Assembly (NCBI GenBank): GCA_963675665.1
Contig: OY776510.1
Location: 3,744,001 to 3,808,000 of the forward strand
Length of the DNA stretch: 64,000 nucleotides
Source of the DNA: Spirochaetia bacterium
GTDB lineage: Bacteria; Spirochaetota; Spirochaetia; UBA9216
Direction of reading: 5' to 3'
Positions 17,904-27,457 of this stretch are shown here, piece by piece (the first letter of the stretch is position 1; each line of letters opens with the position of its first letter). Both the position numbers and the translations under genes were made by a program. Below the pieces are notes generated by a model that worked only from the letters and a program-made list of their open reading frames with translations, ran no database searches and was not told where the DNA came from.

Positions 17904-20717
17904 TTGAAGATTAAAAGTTTAATTTATTTGATAACAGGTATTTTTATATTTACCATACTCACCTCCTGCCCTTCTCCGCTTGAACCTGAAAAGCTTGCTT
18001 TGCTTAAGGATCTTGAAGCACCCAGGATTGTCATTACATCTCCGGCCGACTACAGCGAATACGCCACAGTTATCGAGCTTGAAGGCTATATTGAAGATAC
18101 ATCTCTTGCAAACCTGCCGGCCGACAGCGGGCTATCCGTTTCATACAGCATTCCCGGAACAAGCATCAACGGGACTGTTGATGTTAGTCTTCCCGACGGT
18201 TCTTTTTCGGGAATCATTAATGTGGCCGCGCTCAGCGGAGAAAAGGTGATTGAATTCAGCACTACTGATATAAACGGAAATTCAGCTTCTGCGTCTGTAA
18301 ATATTCTCAAACCTGAAGGTGGAGATATCTCCGGATTCACAGTCACGCCCGGCAACAGACAGGTAACAATATGCTGGGCCCCTGTTTCCGGCGCAGAGTC
18401 ATATTCGATATTTGAGTCGTCATACGGAGAGACTATAGAACCCGGAGAGATAACCGGAACAAGCTATACCTGGACCGGTCTTGAAAACGGCGAGATATAC
18501 AGCTTTCAGCTTACCGCGCACCTGCCCGTCGGAATCGGTGAAGATGCGTATTCCTCGACGGCTACAACAATGCCGCTTTCTCCCTTTAACCTCACTCCGG
18601 TGATAAAGAATACCGAACATAAAGCAATAACCATTGAATGGCCTGCTAATGATAATATCGACCGGTTCATCGTTGAACGCAGCGGCAGCCATCTCGGTCC
18701 ATGGGAAATAAAAAGGGTACTGACTCAAAATGTATTTACCGACGAAAAAGTTGAATACGATACTAACTACTATTACAGGATTACTCCTTCCGGCTTTACA
18801 GAGATAAACAGCCTCTGCGCCGGGAGCAGCCCCACCAGGTTCTCAGGTGACGATATCATCGCTACTTTGCCGTTGCCGGGCTCAATCACGCCCTTCTCGC
18901 TGCAAATCGATGATAACTATGCCTATATTGCAAACTTCAGAGACGGTTTAGCGATTGCTGATATATCGGACCCATACAATCCGATTATTGTTTCAAGTTA
19001 CGGCGTGGCTTCCACAGTGGAGATACGGGACATTTTCGTGAGAGACCGTATTGCATATCTTGCCGGTTATGACGACGGCCTTCTTCTTGTCGACATATCC
19101 GATATTGACAACCCCGTACTTCTATCCTCATGCAGCACACCCGGCAACGCGTTGGGAGTATATGTTTCCGGCGATTATGCGTATATAGCCGATGATTCTG
19201 AAAGAATATCTATCGTCGACATCTCAACCCCGGCTTCGGTAACAGACAGCTCATTGATATCCGGCTGCAGCACCGACGGGATTGCGGACAAAGTCCTTGT
19301 AAAGAACGGTTACGCCTATGTGGCTGCCGACGGGCTGGAGGTAATTGATGTATCCAATCCTCCGCTTGTAAATGATCTTTCAACAAAGGGAAGCTGGAGC
19401 AGCCTGGACGGAAAAATAAGCAAGGATATATACATCTCCGGTGAATATCTGTATATAGTGCTTCAACCCCCGCCTCCCGGCATTCCCCCGGGTCCGAGTT
19501 CCCTGCATATAATCGATATTTCAGTCCCTGCGAATGTAACGAACTCATCCGGTGTCGGCAGCTGTGAAATCTTAGGAAACGCGGAAGGCGTTACAGTATC
19601 CGGAAATCTCGCATACGTAGCATCATATGACGCCGATTTGCAGGTAATCGATGTATTTAATCCGGCAGCGCCGGTATTGGAAAGGACATACGCCACCTCC
19701 GGCGACCCGTTTGATGTAAAGGTTTCCGGTTATTACGCATATATCGCAGATCGCTACGGCAGCGGCCTCGTTGTATTGGATCTTGCAAAGCCCGGATCAC
19801 CTTCAATTGTTTCCGCTTCTGCGGACATGTACCGGACAAGCGATATAGAAATATTCGACGAATATGCCTATATTGCCGACGGCACTGACGGGTTAAAGAT
19901 TATGGATATATCCGAACCGGAAGAGATCTCACCGGCCTCCAATATTATTGAGTTTTCTCTCCCCGGCGAATGTCTTGAAATTAATATCCGCTATCCCTAT
20001 GCTTTTATAGCGGCACAGGGCTCAGGGCTTGTTGTCGTAAATATTGCTGATCCGCTTCATCCGTCCCTGCTTAGCAGCACTGAAACAACCCAGAATGCTA
20101 AGGATTTATATGTGCTGGGAAATTATGCATATGTTACGGACAGCGGATGCAGTCTTGAAATAATCGACATCACATTTCCGGAAACTCCTTCCATAGTTTC
20201 CACATGCGACACCGACGGGACTGTAAGCGGCATCACCGTATCCGGTGATTACGCATATATTTGCGCCGGAGGAAGCGGGCTTCAAATCATAGATATCTCC
20301 GATCCGCTCAGTCCGTATATTGCCGCATCCTGTACAAGCGCGGGAGGGGCGAGAAAAGCTGAAATCATCGGCAATTACGCCGTTGTCTCTTCAAATAGCG
20401 CAGGATTATATATTATTGATATTTCCGACCCGTCCGGAGTTACAAACACATCTATTGTAGCCAGCCATCCCGTAACAGGTCACGGATACAGCCTTGCAAT
20501 TGCCGGCGATTTTGTCTATGTCGGCGGAGACGAACGTTTCACGGTTGTGGATATAACCGACCCCGAATCTCCCTCAACCTTTTCCGGCTGCGCGCTGCCG
20601 ACACTCGGTATCGGCTACGGAATTGCCGTCGCAGACTCATACGCCTACATTGCAGACATTAATAGCGGACTTCAGATAATAAACCTCTTAGGAGGAATGA
20701 TAAAAAGTCCTCCATGA
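17904..20717 (+). CDS. Surface lipoprotein with Ig/Fn3 domains and LVIVD repeats (beta-propeller)
   Basis: TTG start; lipobox ILTSC; Fn3-like segments; many YAYIAD..GL.IIDISDP repeats. The last residues (GMIKSPP) come from the inserted element. Confidence 0.85.
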   Translation: MKIKSLIYLITGIFIFTILTSCPSPLEPEKLALLKDLEAPRIVITSPADYSEYATVIELEGYIEDTSLANLPADSGLSVSYSIPGTSINGTVDVSLPDGSFSGIINVAALSGEKVIEFSTTDINGNSASASVNILKPEGGDISGFTVTPGNRQVTICWAPVSGAESYSIFESSYGETIEPGEITGTSYTWTGLENGEIYSFQLTAHLPVGIGEDAYSSTATTMPLSPFNLTPVIKNTEHKAITIEWPANDNIDRFIVERSGSHLGPWEIKRVLTQNVFTDEKVEYDTNYYYRITPSGFTEINSLCAGSSPTRFSGDDIIATLPLPGSITPFSLQIDDNYAYIANFRDGLAIADISDPYNPIIVSSYGVASTVEIRDIFVRDRIAYLAGYDDGLLLVDISDIDNPVLLSSCSTPGNALGVYVSGDYAYIADDSERISIVDISTPASVTDSSLISGCSTDGIADKVLVKNGYAYVAADGLEVIDVSNPPLVNDLSTKGSWSSLDGKISKDIYISGEYLYIVLQPPPPGIPPGPSSLHIIDISVPANVTNSSGVGSCEILGNAEGVTVSGNLAYVASYDADLQVIDVFNPAAPVLERTYATSGDPFDVKVSGYYAYIADRYGSGLVVLDLAKPGSPSIVSASADMYRTSDIEIFDEYAYIADGTDGLKIMDISEPEEISPASNIIEFSLPGECLEINIRYPYAFIAAQGSGLVVVNIADPLHPSLLSSTETTQNAKDLYVLGNYAYVTDSGCSLEIIDITFPETPSIVSTCDTDGTVSGITVSGDYAYICAGGSGLQIIDISDPLSPYIAASCTSAGGARKAEIIGNYAVVSSNSAGLYIIDISDPSGVTNTSIVASHPVTGHGYSLAIAGDFVYVGGDERFTVVDITDPESPSTFSGCALPTLGIGYGIAVADSYAYIADINSGLQIINLLGGMIKSPP

Positions 20718-20802
20718 CTTTTTATCATTTTGAAGTTTACAAACTTTGTTTGAAAACTTCACTATTCATTACCTGCATCCATGCAGGAATTTCTTATAGG
20801 AG
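20695..20802 (+). mobile_element. 108-bp non-autonomous three-hairpin element sharing ends with the IS110
   Basis: First 15 nt are identical to the IS left end (GAATGATAAAAAGTC); ends in TTATAGGAG like the IS right end; flanked by TAGGAG. Hairpins at 20696-20729, 20731-20761 and 20772-20787. Confidence 0.75.
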
Positions 20803-20827
20803 GAATGATAAAAAGTCTTCATGAGCT

Positions 20828-20980
20828 GGTGAATTGATATACTGCCTTAACTTTAATTGAGGCAGTAAGGTTACTGTTCGACATTTTTACTGGTCCGCGA
20901 GACCGTTTAGGAGATTGAAGAGCCGTAACCGAAACATTCAATGGTCTGCGAGACCGGATAGGAGAATGGAACAATTCACC
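20828..20980 (+). ncRNA. Putative bridge RNA of IS110 copy 1
   Basis: Closing stem GGTGAATTG/CAATTCACC; 5' hairpin TACTGCCT..AGGCAGTA; two similar modules (GGTC-yGCGA-GACC..TAGGAG) whose flanks match the target and donor sequences. Confidence 0.75.
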
Positions 20981-21015
20981 GTATAGGCACTGCTTCAAAC
21001 TATTGGAGATAGAAC

Positions 21016-22128
21016 ATGAAGATGAGTATTGGCGTGGATCTTCACAAAACGCAGTTTACAGTATGCCTTTTAAGTGAAGACCGAAAAATTGATCAATTGG
21101 GAATGTATCCGACCAGCGGAAATGGTTATGGAGCATTTCTGAAAATGCTGGATGAATATTGTGAAGAGGAATATGAGTTGAGAGCAGCGGTGGAAACAAC
21201 CGGGAATGCCCGTTATTTCCGCAATAAACTGTTAAAGGCTGGAGTCGAAGTGGTTGTAGTGAATACTTTGAAATTCAAGGTAGTGAATGAATCTGTAAAA
21301 AAGACAGACAAACATGATGCACGCACCCTGGCGGAGTTTCTTGAGAAAGACATGCTGCCTGAATCGATATTATGTTCCCAAGAGAGTGAGGATATTCGAA
21401 GGGTGCTGAAATCCAGGTCGATACTGGTAAAATCTGTTGTGTCGTTAAAGAACCAGGTGCATGGCTTATTACTTGGTTATGGAATAGAGACCAAACGCGG
21501 ACAGCTGCAGAGTAAAAAAGAAAGGCAGCGAATCCTGAACGGTCTCGAGGACCACGACTTTTACGGAAGCGCTGCCAAAACGGTAATACCGTTACTGGAT
21601 ATGATAGATAATCAGGCATCGCAAGTCAAGCAGCTTGAAAAGGTTTTGGCTGAGCTTGTGGAGGACGATGAAGATGTTGAGCTTCTGCAGACAATACCAG
21701 GCGTGGGTCTAATAACAGCAGCAACAGTAAGAGCCTATACAGACGATATCGGCAGATATGATAGTGCGAAGAAATATGCAGCAAACGCCGGGCTTGTGCC
21801 ATGGGTGCAGAACTCAAATATGACAATACATCATGGACATATAACAAAGCGTGGGCCTGTAGAACTGAGGACAGCCTTCGTACAGATGGTGATGGGAATG
21901 GTTCGTATGCAAAAGAAGACCGGGACGTACCGAATAATGACGAAGTATGCAGCGATGAAGAAGCAGAAAGGCTCGGGTAAGAGTGTAATAGCTGCCGCCC
22001 GCAAGATGAGCACTTTGGTATATACAATTTTAAAAACCAGAGAGCCGTTTGATCCGATGAAAATGGCTTTTAGAAAAGAATACAGGGAAATGCAGGCAGC
22101 AGCATGGGAAGCTGTAATGGTCGGTTGA
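21016..22128 (+). CDS. IS110-family DEDD recombinase/transposase
   Basis: GVDLHK, VETTG and KTDKHDA (DEDD) motifs; LQTIPGVG and AGLVP..QNS in the C-terminal Transposase_20 region. Confidence 0.95.
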   Translation: MKMSIGVDLHKTQFTVCLLSEDRKIDQLGMYPTSGNGYGAFLKMLDEYCEEEYELRAAVETTGNARYFRNKLLKAGVEVVVVNTLKFKVVNESVKKTDKHDARTLAEFLEKDMLPESILCSQESEDIRRVLKSRSILVKSVVSLKNQVHGLLLGYGIETKRGQLQSKKERQRILNGLEDHDFYGSAAKTVIPLLDMIDNQASQVKQLEKVLAELVEDDEDVELLQTIPGVGLITAATVRAYTDDIGRYDSAKKYAANAGLVPWVQNSNMTIHHGHITKRGPVELRTAFVQMVMGMVRMQKKTGTYRIMTKYAAMKKQKGSGKSVIAAARKMSTLVYTILKTREPFDPMKMAFRKEYREMQAAAWEAVMVG

Positions 22129-22191
22129 TATCCGACTAGATCATAAGCTTATATTTTTAGCTTGTGGTTGACTTTTTATAGGAGAATAAAT

Positions 22192-24381
22192 ATGAAAAAA
22201 GGATTTCAAACAATAAAAACAATACTTTTTGCGGGACTCATCCTGCTACTGACTACCCTGCTTCCCCTCACTGCATTCTCCCAAAGCGGGGAAGTCGATT
22301 TAAACGAATATTACGCCTACCCGGTTTCCGCCGGGGCTTATTATCATCAGCTTTCGGGGCTGGGCAACAAAGCCCTTGCCGACTTCAGCATAAATGAGAT
22401 TTCCAGCGAAGCGCGCGTGCCGATTCCCGGTATTCCCGTACTGCAGCCGCTTGTCAGGGCCGGATACCTTAGCTACGGTTTTACCGGCAGCGTTGAAGAA
22501 CTGCACCAGGACTGGACACATTTTCATGTCTTCGGCGGGCCGGGCGTTGCCTACTGTTCCCGTATATCACGCGAATTCGAAATCGGCGCTGATCTTTTCG
22601 GGGCGCTGACACAGTCATATTTTACGGAACTGGTTTTCAACGGCGTCCAGGAAACACAGGGGCAATTGAATATACTGGCAGGACTGTCGGGGCGTCTTGC
22701 CTTGAATCCGTCCTATAATTTTTCCATATCGGTTAACCCGGCGCTGAATTACCTGTACGGGCTCGGCCCGCTGCATGATTACGACGGATTTACGTTCGGG
22801 GTCGGCTTTTCGGGTACATACCGCTTCGGACAGGACCCCGACGCGGCGCAGTCTTCAATAAAGGCGATACGTTTCGACGATGTTGATCTGCCTCCGCTGT
22901 TTGCCGCGATGCAGAGTTACTATGTAAAAAACCCGGCGGGAACGCTGACAATTTCCAACAAGGAAAAATACACGCTTGAAGGCGTCTCCCTGTCATTTAT
23001 GCAGCCGGGATTCATGGATTCGCCGAGCCCTATGGCGTCGGATATTGTTCTTGAGCCGGGCGAGAGTATAGAGGTCCCCATCACCCTGACTTTTAATAAC
23101 GAGGTTTTTTCAACCCAGGGGGTCACCCCGCTTACAGGCGAAATAATCGCAGGTTATACCGTACGCGGGCGCGAGGTTGAGCAGAGACAGTCGGTTACCT
23201 ACGATCTGCATGATCGCAACGCCCTTACGTGGGACGACGACCGGAAGGCCGCCGCATTTATTACAGCCCAGGACAGCGCCGTCCGCAACTATTCAAGCTA
23301 TATCCGCCAGATTCACCGCGACGCGGTCAGACCTTATATCAGCAGCAACCTTCAGTTTGCCATGCAGGTATTCAACGCCCTCGGCGAACTGGGCATTCTG
23401 TACCAGATTGATCCGACCGCTCCGTTTACCGAGGTCCAGGGCGACACCTTCGTCGTCGACTCAATCAGCCTGCCCCGCGAAACGCTAAAACGGCTGACCG
23501 GCGACTGCGACGATCTTACAGTACTTTTCTGCACAATGCTTGAATCAATCGGCATCGAATCCGCGCTGGTTACCGTTCCGGGACATATCTTCTGCGCTTT
23601 CAACACCGATGTTGAGTCTTCGGACTACATGATGATAAACCCCGACCGCAACCAGATAATCGAAGTTGACGGCAACATCTGGATACCGGTTGAAATTACA
23701 ATGATAGGAAAACACAGCTTTACGGAAGCCTGGAACAAGGGATACTCGGAATTCGCGGAATGGGACGCCGAACCCGACCGCAGGGGTTTTTATAAAACCG
23801 GCGATGCACAGGGCATATTCCGGCCTGTAGTCCTGCGCGAAACCGATCTTGGGCTTCAGTACGGAGACGATGAGGCGGTTGTTTCGGCATTTGAAAAGGA
23901 CCTTGATTCCCTGTCGCAGTCAATCTTAAAACCTGCCAAAGCCGACGCTGAGGCAAAAGGCACCCCGAAAGCCTGGAATTCCTACGGGGTAGCCGCGGCA
24001 AAACTCGGCGCGTACGGCACTGCGGAAACCGCCTTTGACAAGGCCGTAAAATCAAAACCCGATTACACAAGCGCCAAGCTGAACCTCGGCTCACTGTATT
24101 ACATAATGGAAAAATATTCAGATGCGTTTAAAGTTTACCAGAATATCGAACAGAATGCCGCAAACCTGAATATTTCCGACCGTACCATGTTCAATCTTTA
24201 CCTTAACATGAGCAAAACAAGCTATGCTCTTGAGAAAAATGACGAGGCTGATTCCTATTTCCGCAAAGCCACTCAGCTTGACGCTGATAAAGCCGCCGAT
24301 TTCGCCTACCTCGGCACAGGCGGTACAGGTGTCGCAAGAGCTGCCGAGGCTGCTGACAGTAAGATATCGTTTTTTGAATAG
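22192..24381 (+). CDS. Exported protein with beta-rich N-terminus, Ig-like region, transglutaminase-like domain and TPRs
   Basis: Signal peptide from MKKGFQ (ATG 22192, after the IS-supplied SD); GDCDD...VPGHIF Cys/His motif; C-terminal TPR helices. Confidence 0.75.
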   Translation: MKKGFQTIKTILFAGLILLLTTLLPLTAFSQSGEVDLNEYYAYPVSAGAYYHQLSGLGNKALADFSINEISSEARVPIPGIPVLQPLVRAGYLSYGFTGSVEELHQDWTHFHVFGGPGVAYCSRISREFEIGADLFGALTQSYFTELVFNGVQETQGQLNILAGLSGRLALNPSYNFSISVNPALNYLYGLGPLHDYDGFTFGVGFSGTYRFGQDPDAAQSSIKAIRFDDVDLPPLFAAMQSYYVKNPAGTLTISNKEKYTLEGVSLSFMQPGFMDSPSPMASDIVLEPGESIEVPITLTFNNEVFSTQGVTPLTGEIIAGYTVRGREVEQRQSVTYDLHDRNALTWDDDRKAAAFITAQDSAVRNYSSYIRQIHRDAVRPYISSNLQFAMQVFNALGELGILYQIDPTAPFTEVQGDTFVVDSISLPRETLKRLTGDCDDLTVLFCTMLESIGIESALVTVPGHIFCAFNTDVESSDYMMINPDRNQIIEVDGNIWIPVEITMIGKHSFTEAWNKGYSEFAEWDAEPDRRGFYKTGDAQGIFRPVVLRETDLGLQYGDDEAVVSAFEKDLDSLSQSILKPAKADAEAKGTPKAWNSYGVAAAKLGAYGTAETAFDKAVKSKPDYTSAKLNLGSLYYIMEKYSDAFKVYQNIEQNAANLNISDRTMFNLYLNMSKTSYALEKNDEADSYFRKATQLDADKAADFAYLGTGGTGVARAAEAADSKISFFE

Positions 24382-24618
24382 AACATTATGAAGCATCTCT
24401 GAGAGGACTATATTGAATATTCAACGTTGCCGCTTCCTGAAGTCTTTACATATTGTCAAACTATGGAAGGAATAGTCTCATAACGCAGGAACAGGTTTTA
24501 CGACCGATCGGTCTTTTTTTGTATGTATACTCAATCCTCTTTAATATTTATAAAACCATTTGCGTTTTTTTTAATTTTCGGATATTCTACTATAATCTGT
24601 TTTTATAAGGAGAAACGC

Positions 24619-25650
24619 ATGAAAAAACTTTTTATCGTTGCGGCAGCCCTGCTTGTTCTTTTTTCGGGCTGTTCAAAAGACGACGGAGGCTCCGACGCAG
24701 CAGCCAAAACCCCTGAAAAAAAGAAAACATACGAATTCAATTATGCCGTCTTTTTCCCGGCAACCCATCTTCAGGCACAGACAGCCGAAGCCTGGGCAAA
24801 GGAAGTTGAAAAGAGGACTGACGGTCAGATTAAAATAACCATGTTCCATGGCGGGACACTATCACAGGCAGCCCAGACCTATGAAGCTGTAGAATCAGGT
24901 ATTGCGGACATCGGCATGAGTGTTTTTGCATATACCCGCGGCCGCTTCCCGCTGCTTGAAGGTCTTGATCTGCCGCTCGGCTATCCAGATGGAGTAACTG
25001 CAACAAAAGTTGCCAACGATATGGTAAAAAAATACCAGCCTGAAGAATTATCCGGAGTACATGTCCTTTATCTGCACGCTCACGGCCCCGGAATTCTTGC
25101 AAGCAAAAAAGAGGTAAAAAGTGCATCGGATCTTGCAGGAATGCAGATCAGGGGTACAGGACTCTCTGCCAAAATTGTAGAGGCGCTCGGAGCAACACCT
25201 ATTTCAATGAGCCAGGGTGACACGTATGAAGCACTTCAGAAAGGCGTTGTAGACGCCACTTTCTGCCCTATCGAAACACTAAAAGGCTGGAAACAGGGCG
25301 AAGTTATTGATTATGTCGTAGATACAAAATCGATTGGATACACAACAGCAATGTTTGCGGTAATGAACAAGGACAAATGGGAATCACTTCCTGAAGATCT
25401 GCAGAAAATTGTTACGGAAGTCAGCGAGGAATGGATATTAAAACAGGGCGAGGCCTGGGATGAAGCTGATAACGCCGGAGAGTCTTTTGTCAAGGATCTC
25501 GGAAAAACCTTCATTGATCTGCCCGCTTCCGAGAAGGCTGCTCTTGTAGATGCAATGGCCCCGATCTATCAAGCCTATATTGACGCAACCAGTGAACAGG
25601 GCCTTCCCGGAGATGAATTTCTTGCAGATATTCAGGCTATGCTCAAATAG
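24619..25650 (+). CDS. dctP: TRAP transporter solute-binding lipoprotein (DctP family)
   Basis: Lipobox LFSGC; [13 protein letters not shown] and [10 protein letters not shown] motifs; AAGGAG SD before 24619. Confidence 0.9.
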   Translation: MKKLFIVAAALLVLFSGCSKDDGGSDAAAKTPEKKKTYEFNYAVFFPATHLQAQTAEAWAKEVEKRTDGQIKITMFHGGTLSQAAQTYEAVESGIADIGMSVFAYTRGRFPLLEGLDLPLGYPDGVTATKVANDMVKKYQPEELSGVHVLYLHAHGPGILASKKEVKSASDLAGMQIRGTGLSAKIVEALGATPISMSQGDTYEALQKGVVDATFCPIETLKGWKQGEVIDYVVDTKSIGYTTAMFAVMNKDKWESLPEDLQKIVTEVSEEWILKQGEAWDEADNAGESFVKDLGKTFIDLPASEKAALVDAMAPIYQAYIDATSEQGLPGDEFLADIQAMLK

Positions 25651-25665
25651 CAGAACTTTCGTTAA

Positions 25666-26148
25666 ATGAAATTCTTTTCTTTCATCAAGCGAATTATAAT
25701 TATATTCGCATACATATCAGGAGCCGCAGGACTTTTAATGATGGGCATTACGGTAGTTGATGTTTTTCTGCGGCTCTTTAATACCGGTATTACCGGAGCA
25801 TATGATCTTGTTCGGGCCTGCGGCGCGCTCTCAGTCGCTTGCGGCCTGCCTTACCTGACGGCAGTTAAAGGCCATATAGCTATTGAGTTTTTCTACCATA
25901 AAAGCGGTCGTACCGGAAGATTTTTAATGGACACTATAATACGAACCTCATCGCTTCTGATTTTCGGTTTATTATCTTTTTACACTTTCAGACACGGTAT
26001 TGCCCTTTTTGACAAAGGAGAAGTTTTCCCGAACCTGGGCCTTCCCGTATTCTGGATTCCGATTGTTATAAGCTTCAACAGCGCTTTGATGATTATCGTC
26101 TTTCTTTATCACATGATACATCCGGGAAAGGAGTATATAAAACCATGA
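25666..26148 (+). CDS. dctQ: TRAP transporter small permease
   Basis: Four TM helices, DVFLR and GHIAIEF motifs; lies between dctP and dctM. Confidence 0.88.
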   Translation: MKFFSFIKRIIIIFAYISGAAGLLMMGITVVDVFLRLFNTGITGAYDLVRACGALSVACGLPYLTAVKGHIAIEFFYHKSGRTGRFLMDTIIRTSSLLIFGLLSFYTFRHGIALFDKGEVFPNLGLPVFWIPIVISFNSALMIIVFLYHMIHPGKEYIKP

Positions 26149-27446
26149 CCCCGATTCAGATTGGTATTATAGGATGCCTTATTCTTTTTGCATTGCTGAT
26201 CACCTCCATGCCTGTTGCCTTCGCAATGATTGCTTCCGGAGTTATCGGTTTTGCCCTGATTGTCAATCCCGGTGCAGCTTTCAGTATGGTAATTGCTGAT
26301 CTTTATGAGACATTCTCCTCTTACAGCCTTTCGGTAATTCCCCTGTTTGTCATGATGGGCCAGATTGCACTGCATGCCGGAATCAGTAAACGGCTTTTCC
26401 GGACTACTTACGTTTGGGCCGGACATCTTAAAGGCGGCCTTGCCATGGCCACTGTATGGGCATGTGCCGGATTCGGCGCAATATGCGGATCAGGACCTGC
26501 AACAGCCGCTACAATGGCTTCGGTTGCGTTGCCGGAGATGAAACGCTATAACTATGCCGACAAGCTTGCATCAGGGACTGTCGCCGCCGGCGGTTCGCTT
26601 GGAATGCTTATTCCTCCATCGGTAGTATTCATTGTCTACGCATTAATGACCGAACAATCAATTGGTTCTCTTTTTCTTGCGGGAATTATTCCGGGAATTA
26701 TGATTGCCGGCTTATTCTGCGTTTCCATATGGTTTCAATGCAGCAGAAATAATGCCCTCGGTCCCGCCTGTGAAAAACACAGCTGGAAAGAGAGATTTCA
26801 ATCGTTGAACGGCGTAATTGAAACGGTCGTACTTTTTGTTCTGGTTATGGGCGGAATGTTTCTTGGACTTTTTACTCCGATCGAAGCGGCTGCAATCGGC
26901 GCAGCCGGAAGTTTTGTTATAGCTTTAATACAAAAAGAAATGAACATGCATAAACTGAAACAGATTTTGCTGGAAACAGTGCGTACCTCCTGCATGGTCT
27001 TTTTTATTGTTGCAGGCGCGACAATATTCGGCCGTTTTCTTGCTGTTTCACGTATACCGTTTGCCCTTGCACAGTTTTTTATATCACTGCCGCTTCCGGG
27101 ATGGTCAATTATGCTTTTAATAATTTTATTTTTCCTGGTTGCCGGATGTTTTATAGACGCGCTGGCGCTTATCCTGCTTACAATCCCCATATTCTATCCG
27201 GTTATAATTGAATTGGGATACGATCCGATATGGTTCGGTGTAATTGCAGTAGTTATCACCCAGATGGGGGTAATAACACCGCCGGTCGGAGTCAATGTTT
27301 ATGTAGTCAGCGGCATGGAAAGGGATATTCCGCTAACAGAGATTTTCAAAGGTGCAATGCCGTATCTGCTGATGCTTGTGCTTTCGGCAATTATACTTAT
27401 AGCGTTTCCGCAGATTTGCCTTTTTCTGCCGGGGTTATTAAAGTAA
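26145..27446 (+). CDS. dctM: TRAP transporter large permease
   Basis: IPLF, GGSLGMLIPPS, FTPIEAAA and ITPPVG motifs. Confidence 0.92.
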   Translation: MTPIQIGIIGCLILFALLITSMPVAFAMIASGVIGFALIVNPGAAFSMVIADLYETFSSYSLSVIPLFVMMGQIALHAGISKRLFRTTYVWAGHLKGGLAMATVWACAGFGAICGSGPATAATMASVALPEMKRYNYADKLASGTVAAGGSLGMLIPPSVVFIVYALMTEQSIGSLFLAGIIPGIMIAGLFCVSIWFQCSRNNALGPACEKHSWKERFQSLNGVIETVVLFVLVMGGMFLGLFTPIEAAAIGAAGSFVIALIQKEMNMHKLKQILLETVRTSCMVFFIVAGATIFGRFLAVSRIPFALAQFFISLPLPGWSIMLLIILFFLVAGCFIDALALILLTIPIFYPVIIELGYDPIWFGVIAVVITQMGVITPPVGVNVYVVSGMERDIPLTEIFKGAMPYLLMLVLSAIILIAFPQICLFLPGLLK

Positions 27447-27457
27447 GGGAGGCTGTT

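Larger units (their letters stand above)
20803..22184 (+). mobile_element. IS110-family insertion sequence, copy 1 (1,382 bp)
   Basis: Matches 29859-31240 in inverted orientation (one right-end substitution noticed). Bounded by the repeated TTATAGGAG, so exact ends are ambiguous within it. Subterminal IR ATAAAAAGTC/GACTTTTTAT. Confidence 0.95.

Noticed and set aside
22162-22191. N-terminal extension MWLTFYRRIN of the TPR protein
   Set aside because: It starts inside the IS right end; ATG 22192 has the SD and begins the signal peptide.
24382-24618. Riboswitch upstream of dctP
   Set aside because: No aptamer consensus recognised; only a GACCGATCGGTC palindrome plus T-run (24502-24520) that could be a weak terminator or an operator.
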